A DNA stretch of 32,000 nucleotides, from positions 1,500,001 through 1,532,000 of the forward strand of contig NC_014148.1 of assembly GCF_000092105.1 (NCBI RefSeq), written 5' to 3'. Each line of letters starts with the position of its first letter. The first letter of the stretch is position 1. The notes under the pieces were generated by a model. The model made no database searches and had not been told where the DNA came from. It saw only the letters and a program-made list of their open reading frames with translations. Below are positions 1-6,789 of the stretch, piece by piece. This DNA is from Planctopirus limnophila DSM 3776. GTDB taxonomy: Bacteria; Planctomycetota; Planctomycetia; Planctomycetales; Planctomycetaceae. A program made the translations under genes and the position numbers.

Positions 1-1107
1 CCCAGTGTCGCTGCCGTCTTTACTTTCGTGGAGCCCATTAAAAAGAGCGACTTTCTCGAAAAGTACGGCGGTCAGCGCGATGACACGAATGGGTATCCGA
101 TCTATCTCACCGATAAATTAGGCTACCTGCTTTCCAGTGATGCCAAAACCATGGCCATTGCTCCGATTGAACTCGCCCCCGAGATGGCTCAGGCTTCGAC
201 CAATCCCAATCCGACGATTGGCGGAATTGAAGAATTGCTGCCATTACTCGATTCCAGTCGGCAGATGACAGTTGTGTTTGAACCTCTGGCTGTCCGGCTC
301 GATGCCGAATTTCTGGTCCCCGCTCCCGCCCGCCCGATGCTCGACAAAATGCTGGACTGGCTGGGTGATGATGTCGAAGCAGCCGCATGGAGCCTGCATT
401 TAAGTGAGAAAGGTTTGTTCTCGCACATGTGGCTGAGAAACTCGAATGTCATTCAGCCCAATCGCCTGGCCAAGCTGATCGATCAGAAGCTCGATGCGTT
501 GCCGCAGATTTTTCTGAGTGCCGTTCAGTCCATGTCACCGCGGGAGATGGGTAAGCGTCAGTTGATTGGCCGATTTCCAGCGATGGCCAGAGCCTTCAGT
601 ATGGCCAGTCGAACCAAAGTCGGCTCGCATCATGTCGAAGTCATTACACCATTACCCGAACGAGCGGCACCCAACCTGGCGCTAGCAGCACTGCTGGCGT
701 GGGATGAATCGACCCGCACTGATTTCTCGCGTAAGCCTGCAGCCCAGACCATGGCACAAACGAACGCTCCCGCAGCAGGCCCCAAACTTCCTGAGGCTTT
801 GAGTAAGGTCATTGATGTTGATTTCCGGCGAACGCCTCTCCAGGAAGCATTTGCCTATGTGGCCGATGAGTTGAAGATCACCATCGATATCGATGGTGAT
901 GCTCTCAAGCTTTCAGGTTACACCAAAAACATGCCTCAAGAGTTTCAGTTGACTCAGGTGAGTGCCAATAAAGCCCTGGCTGAAATTCTGAAAAAATACG
1001 ACAAAATGTGCCTGGTGATTGATCAGAAGCAGAATCGAGTCCTGGTAACGACCTATCCTGTCGCGGAAACGCAGAAGCTGACCCCTTATGTCTTCCCCAA
1101 GGAGTAA
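1..1107 (+). CDS. hypothetical protein, 5' end probably outside the window; C-terminal STN/secretin-N-like module
   Basis: The frame is open from base 1, with no stop before the GTG at 28, and ends at TAA 1105-1107. The C-terminal stretch VIDVDFRRTPLQEAFAYVADELKITIDID...LVIDQKQNRVLVTT resembles short STN-type domains. No catalytic motif recognised. Confidence 0.6.
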   Translation, partial: PSVAAVFTFVEPIKKSDFLEKYGGQRDDTNGYPIYLTDKLGYLLSSDAKTMAIAPIELAPEMAQASTNPNPTIGGIEELLPLLDSSRQMTVVFEPLAVRLDAEFLVPAPARPMLDKMLDWLGDDVEAAAWSLHLSEKGLFSHMWLRNSNVIQPNRLAKLIDQKLDALPQIFLSAVQSMSPREMGKRQLIGRFPAMARAFSMASRTKVGSHHVEVITPLPERAAPNLALAALLAWDESTRTDFSRKPAAQTMAQTNAPAAGPKLPEALSKVIDVDFRRTPLQEAFAYVADELKITIDIDGDALKLSGYTKNMPQEFQLTQVSANKALAEILKKYDKMCLVIDQKQNRVLVTTYPVAETQKLTPYVFPKE

Positions 1108-1217
1108 ATGACTCCTTGAACATGTCGTTAAGTAATTTTCACTCAAGGCGTTAGCGTCTCTTGTACTGAGCGTGTTGATTTTCGATCTGGCGAAACTTTG
1201 TTGATCTGGTGGGCTCA

Positions 1218-2978
1218 ATGCCATTTCCTGCCTGCCCTAAGTGCCTGGCTCCGATTCGTATTCGCGATCGGAAGTTTGTCGGTCGGGAGATTCCCTGCCC
1301 AAGCTGTGCTGCGCCCATTGTGCCGCTCGTGACTGGGCACGATGAATGGCAAGTCATCCTTCCAGAGGAGTACGCCCGACAATCCGCAGCGACAAGCCAT
1401 TCAGCGAAATCGAATCTGGAAAAGCAAACGATAGGGGTGCATGCGTCAACAGGCCCGGCAATCGTCAAACCACAGGGGGCTGGTACCCTGCGTGTGGGCG
1501 GCCGGCAGTTGAAAGCACCTTCGCCATTTGTCATGGCCTGGATCGGATCAGGAGTCATCACATTTTGTATCGTGATGGTCATCGTGCAGTCCTTTTCGCG
1601 TCGGGAACACCAGGCCCGCGGGTTAGTGACTCAGCAACCGAATGAAGACTCACAGAAACAGCCTGTCCAGCCAATTGAGAATTCCGATCCCGGTCAAACA
1701 ACGGGTGAAAAAGAACTCGTGCCGCAGCCACCTCCTGCCTCGCATGAAAAGCTCGCTGGCCTGGGACAGTGGCTCTCTGGCCAACTGGCCAGCCAGGGAG
1801 CATTTCCTGCTGCCACCACTGGTAAGAGTGAGAACCCGGAGGATGCCTGGGGTTGGCTGAACCGATACGTCGCTCAGACTCAGCCGACAATCGTGCCACC
1901 ACCTTTTGATGGTTCATGGCGCGGCCCGACTCACGATCGATTTGTGCGTCGTCGTATGAATTCCCTCCTGATCAATGAGCAGGAGGGCCTCATGGGCAGT
2001 GATGGATATCCAGCGACTCAACTGGTCGGTGTGGCGGGAGTCGGCATTGATGGCCCCCACTTACCTGCAAGTTCTGAGTATGCGGGGATATTTGCGTACG
2101 GTCGAACCACCCGTCAGCGCGACATTCTCGATGGATTGAGTCAGACGGCGATGGTCGCTTCCGTGAAAAAAGATCTTGCCTCCTGGGCCAGCGGAGGCAA
2201 GGGGAGTATTCGTTCGCTGACAGCGGCACCTGTGATTGACGGGCCGGATGGCTTTGGAATTGTCGGGCAATCGGGACAATTGCTCCTCATGGCGGATGGA
2301 AGTGTCAAAGAACTGAACCAGTTGACAGATCCAGTCATCATGAGGCGAATGTTCACAATGGCTGAGGGGATTGATCTCGCAGAGGCCGCCTCTCCAGATG
2401 CTCCACTTTTTCCCGCCAGCACCGCATCTCGTCGGACCGTGCCCATGGCAGATTCTCCCGGCGGCAGTGAATCTGTGGCCGACAGTCATTCTTCAGCTCC
2501 CACCGGGATCAGTCCAGAAAAGGATGATCCTGCTGCTGAAAAACCGCATGGCAATGGGGAAAAATCCTCAACGGCCGAAGTGATCGCTCCACCTGCGGCT
2601 CAGGCTCCCTTGCCCCCCGCGATGGTCGTACAGAAGCAGGATTTAAAGATTAATCTGGGATTGTCGCTCCTGAGATTTCGGACGGATGAACCTGTTGCTC
2701 GCCGACGATTGGTGAAGTCAGCCGCTGATCTTCTGGGGGCTCCAGTCGTTACTCCAGAGGGACCTCTCCCGGCAGAACTCGTGGAGATTCTTGATCAGAA
2801 GATCACCATCGATCTCGAAAAAGTTTCGATCGAGAATCTGCTCCATGAGATCTTTCGCGATTCTCAGGCCCGGTGGAGTCTTCAGGATGGTCAGTTACTG
2901 ATACAACTCAGCAGCGAGGTCGTCCCAGGCCAGCCCCCGGCAACAGGGGAAGAACCTCGCGAAGTGGCGGTTCCATAA
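1218..2978 (+). CDS. zinc-ribbon / single-TM protein with a DUF1559-like central region
   Basis: ATG at 1218 (GTG at 1209 is also possible). It has an N-terminal CxxC...CxxC zinc ribbon (CPKCLAPI...CPSCAAPI) and one hydrophobic segment (FVMAWIGSGVITFCIVMVIV). The central region (GIFAYGRTTRQRDILDGLSQTAMV and LLLMADGSVKEL) resembles the DUF1559 / H-X9-DG region of planctomycete pilin-like proteins. The C-terminal KITIDLEKVSIENLLHEI module is similar to the end of the preceding ORF. Confidence 0.7.
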   Translation: MPFPACPKCLAPIRIRDRKFVGREIPCPSCAAPIVPLVTGHDEWQVILPEEYARQSAATSHSAKSNLEKQTIGVHASTGPAIVKPQGAGTLRVGGRQLKAPSPFVMAWIGSGVITFCIVMVIVQSFSRREHQARGLVTQQPNEDSQKQPVQPIENSDPGQTTGEKELVPQPPPASHEKLAGLGQWLSGQLASQGAFPAATTGKSENPEDAWGWLNRYVAQTQPTIVPPPFDGSWRGPTHDRFVRRRMNSLLINEQEGLMGSDGYPATQLVGVAGVGIDGPHLPASSEYAGIFAYGRTTRQRDILDGLSQTAMVASVKKDLASWASGGKGSIRSLTAAPVIDGPDGFGIVGQSGQLLLMADGSVKELNQLTDPVIMRRMFTMAEGIDLAEAASPDAPLFPASTASRRTVPMADSPGGSESVADSHSSAPTGISPEKDDPAAEKPHGNGEKSSTAEVIAPPAAQAPLPPAMVVQKQDLKINLGLSLLRFRTDEPVARRRLVKSAADLLGAPVVTPEGPLPAELVEILDQKITIDLEKVSIENLLHEIFRDSQARWSLQDGQLLIQLSSEVVPGQPPATGEEPREVAVP

Positions 2979-3014
2979 GTTGACGGACTTTTTGCGATGG
3001 GTCCTCACTGATCA

Positions 3015-3440
3015 ATGGAGGATCCGCAGCACAGATTGAGTACTCAAAGGTTGATGATGGAACTGGACGATACGATCTGCTTTTGCTTCCATATCACTAA
3101 GCGGAAGGTGATGAACTTTATTCGTGTCCACCGCCCCCGTGTGGCCAGCCAGGTCAGTGAATGTGGAGGTGCAGGGACGGGTTGCGGCTGGTGTCGTAAG
3201 TATCTCAAAAGGTACTTTGAGGAGTCACAAGGGCGCATGCACTCGACATCGGGTGGACTGGATCCCCACGCAGAAGAAGCCCCGGAAATCACCCTCGAAG
3301 AGTATGCGACCTCTCGTGCGGCCTATATCCGGGCAGGTCACGGAAAACCAGCGGCAGGTGCCATCCCATTGCCAGGCGTCACCACAGAACCAACTCTTCA
3401 GCAGCCATCCGACCAGCAGTCGCTGGGTGGCCCCGGTTGA
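3015..3440 (+). CDS. BFD-like [2Fe-2S]-binding domain protein
   Basis: ICFCFHITKRKV...ECGGAGTGCGWCRKY gives the CxC...CxxC pattern of bacterioferritin-associated-ferredoxin-like domains. The start could instead be the MM at 3054. The last 21 nt overlap repeat copy A. Confidence 0.75.
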   Translation: MEDPQHRLSTQRLMMELDDTICFCFHITKRKVMNFIRVHRPRVASQVSECGGAGTGCGWCRKYLKRYFEESQGRMHSTSGGLDPHAEEAPEITLEEYATSRAAYIRAGHGKPAAGAIPLPGVTTEPTLQQPSDQQSLGGPG

Positions 3441-3590
3441 AATTCCGATTTCTACCCGGGTGGCGAAGCCACTGGCAGAGTCGCATCTGAGATCCTGAGA
3501 GACTCACATGGCAGTTCTTGCGCCAGCCAAAACTCTTATGCCTCCGGCACACAGGTACCTCGCAGACGAGCAACCTGTGCCACTCTGCGA
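3420..3590 (+). repeat. structured repeat element, copy A (candidate ~170 nt ncRNA)
   Basis: Direct repeat of 4203-4382. The ends pair (TCGCTGGGTGGC / GCCACTCTGCGA). Internal hairpins lie at 3431-3460, 3460-3472 (GTGGC-GAA-GCCAC), 3478-3505 and 3553-3576. Strand is assigned from G-U-compatible substitutions between the copies. Confidence 0.55.
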
Positions 3591-3760
3591 TTTGCAGTTT
3601 CTTATTGGGTATGATGGATTTATTGTTATTGCTGACCCACTTCGTGTTAGTCAACAACCGCCAAACAAAAGAATTTGATGATGTTTAAGGCGCTAGTTAC
3701 AGTGGTGGGAAACAATTGAGAATCATAGTGTAATATTGTGTGTAGATTGGAGCGTGCGTT

Positions 3761-4132
3761 GTGGAGCAAGTAGTTAAATTTCTTGACAGTCTTTGTGAGA
3801 AATTATTTACTGTTCATTTCGTCCTGTCTGTGCATGTCGAAAACTCAGACATCAATGTGACGCATATTAAGTCTTTTCTCACAACGGCGTCTAGTAGAGA
3901 TATGGCTTTTGAGAGAGCACGGGCTTCTGTTGAATCATTGAACGACAGCTATAGAAATAGGGAAGGATGTGTTGTTGTAGTTAATTGTGAGGGGGTTCAT
4001 GACGTTGAAGAGGTTCCTCTCATGGAGGTTGATGGTTACCTTGATGTAGCAAATTTTCAGTTTTCAGGTATGACTTCTGTTGAGGATCTCGTCAGTGATG
4101 GGATTCGCAAGGATCTGCCAGTTTTGAACTGA
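3761..4132 (+). CDS. hypothetical acidic protein in a low-GC insert
   Basis: 123-codon ORF with a GTG start and GGAG at 3749-3752, 8 nt upstream. It is the only sizeable ORF in a ~38-40% GC stretch. No motif recognised. Confidence 0.5.
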   Translation: MEQVVKFLDSLCEKLFTVHFVLSVHVENSDINVTHIKSFLTTASSRDMAFERARASVESLNDSYRNREGCVVVVNCEGVHDVEEVPLMEVDGYLDVANFQFSGMTSVEDLVSDGIRKDLPVLN

Positions 4133-4202
4133 GATACGTAAAGTCCGGGTCGCACCTGTTAAATGTTTATGTCATTACCCACAACTCAGAATTCAGGAAA
4201 TC

Positions 4203-4382
4203 TCGCAGGGTGGCCCCGGTGGAAATTCCGATTTCTACCGGGGTAGCCAAGCCACAAGAGGGCACTGGCAGAGTCGCATCTGAGATCTTCGGAGACTCAC
4301 ATGACAGTTCTTACGCCAGCCAAACCTCGTTTGCCTCCGGCCCACAGGTAGCTCGCAGACGGGCAACCTCTTCCACCCTGCG
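4203..4382 (+). repeat. structured repeat element, copy B (candidate ~180 nt ncRNA)
   Basis: Aligns along its whole length with 3420-3590, with about 20 substitutions and one 10-nt insertion by hand alignment. It has a closing helix (CGCAGGGTGG / CCACCCTGCG) and a 13-bp hairpin at 4214-4243 with a TCCG loop. Further hairpins lie at 4271-4298 and 4346-4369. Confidence 0.55.
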
Positions 4383-4435
4383 GAGCAGGCATGCGTAATC
4401 GACTCTTGACGCGCCGTTGATCTTCGGGATGAGTA

Positions 4436-4855
4436 TCAGTCGGTTTTGACTTCGATCTTCCTGGGGATGGCCTTCGTCGCGCGGGGGAGGAAAACCTCCA
4501 GCACGCCGTGGGCGAGTCTGGCTGTGATTTTCTCGTGGTCCACTTCGTCATTGAGAATAAATGATCTCAAAAAGTGCCCGATGGGATACTCCTGATGAAG
4601 AGTCTGGACCCCTTCCAGCCATTGAGTCTGAACACGACCGTAGAGTGTTAAACGGTTATCCTGAACCTGCAGCTCTAATGTTTCCAGCGTGACACCCGGC
4701 AGATCCGCCAGCAGAATGAGGCCATCCGGCCGCTCGAAAATATCAATCGGCGGTGTGAAGACCACTTGTTGTTCGACCGGCTGCTCAATAGCGGCATCTC
4801 CCGGGTGACGGAGTGATGCTCGACCGGACGGAATCTCAGGTTGTTCAGCTCTCAT
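4436..4855 (-). CDS. Hsp20/alpha-crystallin family small heat-shock protein
   Basis: PPIDIFERPDGLILLADLPGV...LTLYGRV...ITARLAHGVLEVFLPRA is a typical alpha-crystallin domain. Its ATG overlaps the stop of the upstream hsp20 by 11 nt. Confidence 0.9.
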   Translation of the reverse strand: MRAEQPEIPSGRASLRHPGDAAIEQPVEQQVVFTPPIDIFERPDGLILLADLPGVTLETLELQVQDNRLTLYGRVQTQWLEGVQTLHQEYPIGHFLRSFILNDEVDHEKITARLAHGVLEVFLPRATKAIPRKIEVKTD

Positions 4856-5402
4856 GAGATTCCCTTTCCTTGGGTTCGATCAATCCGGAGACCTGACCTG
4901 GCTCAGTCGCGATTCTCCGCGCCGGTGTGGGGATCGCTTCTGGGACCGACTCGACGGGAGGAGGATTTTCGGCAACAGCCGTAACCGTAATTTGCCTTGC
5001 GGGTTTGGGAGGCACTTTAGGCAGACGAATCAGGAGCACACCGTTGGAAAACTGTGCCGAGACCGCTTCTTCACGAATACCATCGGGCAGCTTGAGAGTA
5101 CGCTGCCATTTGCCGCGAGGTCGTTCCTGCCGGCGAAAGGCTTCGTCGGGAACACCTTCCGGGCCGAGGTGCCGCCCTTTAAGCGTGAGGGAACCTTCGT
5201 TGACGCTGATATCGAGTTCTTCGAGACGAATTCCGGGCAACTCTGCGGTTATCAGCAGTTGATCAGGAAGTTCATAGAGATTCACAGCAGGGTAATGTCT
5301 GACAACGCGCAGTCCTTGAAGAACACCAGCGAGCAGGGAATCGACCTCCTGCTCGAAGTTCTCCATGGCCTGCCAGGCATTTCCCCATCGAAAGATGGCC
5401 AT
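4845..5402 (-). CDS. Hsp20/alpha-crystallin family small heat-shock protein
   Basis: PAVNLYELPDQLLITAELPGI...LTLKGRH...VSAQFSNGVLLIRLPK matches the alpha-crystallin domain. AGGAG lies 9 nt upstream of the ATG at 5402. Confidence 0.9.
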   Translation of the reverse strand: MAIFRWGNAWQAMENFEQEVDSLLAGVLQGLRVVRHYPAVNLYELPDQLLITAELPGIRLEELDISVNEGSLTLKGRHLGPEGVPDEAFRRQERPRGKWQRTLKLPDGIREEAVSAQFSNGVLLIRLPKVPPKPARQITVTAVAENPPPVESVPEAIPTPARRIATEPGQVSGLIEPKERESHES

Positions 5403-5795
5403 ATTGCTTTACTCCTGAATCCACATCAAATCTCTGAAGACGCAACTGACATGCCAGTCAGGTGTGATTCATTGGGCGAATCTTTGATTCGACACAAAGG
5501 TATTCAGCAATTTGAGTTATAGAGCAAGACCAGAATCAGGGCGCAAATGCCGAGCGAGGCCTTTGGCGGTGGAAAAGGGAATTCCGCTCGAAATCATCTG
5601 CCACTATGGCAGGTTCAGAGTGATGCTGAATTTCGCCTGCTCACCGGCCTACTCCATGCCAGATTCGAGAGAAATAGCCCGCACTTAAACGAGGGAGATC
5701 TCCCCCTCTCGAAATCGTGCCGTCGGGTGAGCGACAAATTCACTCAACTTTTCAACGTGAGGCTCAAGCCAGGATTCATCAATGACGTTTGCTGA

Positions 5796-6431
5796 ATGGA
5801 AGCCTCACGGGGTAACATCTTTACTGTCATTGATATGATTCGCCGCAGGGGCTTGCGCCGTCGCCTTGAAAAAGTGCTGATGGATCGTGAGGCCCGGGCG
5901 ATCGTGACCTTTATCTCCAACTTACAGCCTGAGGATGACACCGTGAAACTGCTGCTTTGTGTCGATGCATCGGGATCATCAGACCGAGCGATCTCCCGCG
6001 TGACTGAACTTGGTTTAGGCCACTCCAAGTCAAACTCAGTGACACTTTTTACAGTTTGCGAATCACTTCCTGAGCATGTCTTCGAAATCAGCGAAAAAGT
6101 GGGCATGCACGCCAATGAGCTTGCTTCGGCATGGTCGCAAAAATCGCGTTCGGCCGGAGAAGAGGCGTTGGCTCAAGCCAAGGCCAAGCTGCTGGAGAGT
6201 GGTCTGCCGGAATCAGCCATTCATATCAAGCTGTACGTCGCTGATGCCACTCCTGAATCTCGCCAGGTGGCCGCCGCTGCCGGCCTGATCGAAGAGATGA
6301 CCAGTGGGAACTACGACCTGGTGGTCATTGGTCGCCGTGGTGCCAAACATCTCTCCGAAAACCTGATTGGCAGTGTCGCCGATAAGGTGATTCGAGCCGC
6401 TTCAGGTCGAAGTGTCCTGCTGGTTGATTAG
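5796..6431 (+). CDS. universal stress protein (UspA family)
   Basis: KLLLCVDASGSSDRA and YDLVVIGRRGAKHLSENLIGSVADKVIRAASGRSVLLV are present, giving the G-x2-G-x9-GS nucleotide-binding motif. Confidence 0.85.
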   Translation: MEASRGNIFTVIDMIRRRGLRRRLEKVLMDREARAIVTFISNLQPEDDTVKLLLCVDASGSSDRAISRVTELGLGHSKSNSVTLFTVCESLPEHVFEISEKVGMHANELASAWSQKSRSAGEEALAQAKAKLLESGLPESAIHIKLYVADATPESRQVAAAAGLIEEMTSGNYDLVVIGRRGAKHLSENLIGSVADKVIRAASGRSVLLVD

Positions 6432-6789
6432 ACTTCGTTGCCTCGAATGATTGGGTTTCGGCCATGCATGGTGTGTGCTTGCGTTGTGAGTTGTGTCCCA
6501 TTGGATTCAAGTGGAATCGATCGGACACAACGAACGCCATATCACCGGGTGCCAGCGGCGTCTCGTGGCGGCGGAACTGGTGAAATCGAGTCGATGATGT
6601 TGTTGTCTTCTCGCTTTCACAGGGTTCAAGGCATAAAATGAAGTTAAATCTGATTTAACAGGCGTACTGGTGTTGAAACTGTCGTCAAACCATCGTCTGG
6701 TTTCCAATCGCTGATCCTTTCCTGTATTGCGGATGATGTTCCGCATGGTACCTCTCAGGTACCAGGTCACCACGCTGAAAGATTCTGCT

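Noticed and set aside
3420-3590. Riboswitch look-alike motifs (GCCACTGG as in cobalamin elements, CTGAGA as in TPP elements)
   Set aside because: The other invariant boxes are absent: the B12 box ending in GACCTGCC, and the TPP ACCTGATCTGGATAATGCCAGCG region. Copy B has no downstream + strand gene to regulate.
4141-4152. AAGTCCGGG, similar to the RNase P RNA conserved core
   Set aside because: This is a 9-nt match only, inside AT-rich sequence. None of the flanking RNase P helices or other conserved regions are present.
3420-4382. Integron gene cassette with attC sites (CALIN-like)
   Set aside because: The ORF-plus-structured-repeat layout is reminiscent of a cassette. However, the element ends lack the RYYYAAC / GTTRRRY core sites. 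The elements are longer than typical attC sites. There are only two copies and no intI nearby.
4854-5522. 222-aa + ORF
   Set aside because: It is antisense to the well-supported hsp20 gene at 4845-5402, and its sequence is low-complexity and Arg/Gly-rich.
5547-5795. 82-aa + ORF whose stop abuts the usp ATG
   Set aside because: No recognisable motif and no convincing ribosome-binding site. It lies in the divergent promoter region. I cannot support it as a gene, although the TGA-ATG junction keeps it a weak possibility.
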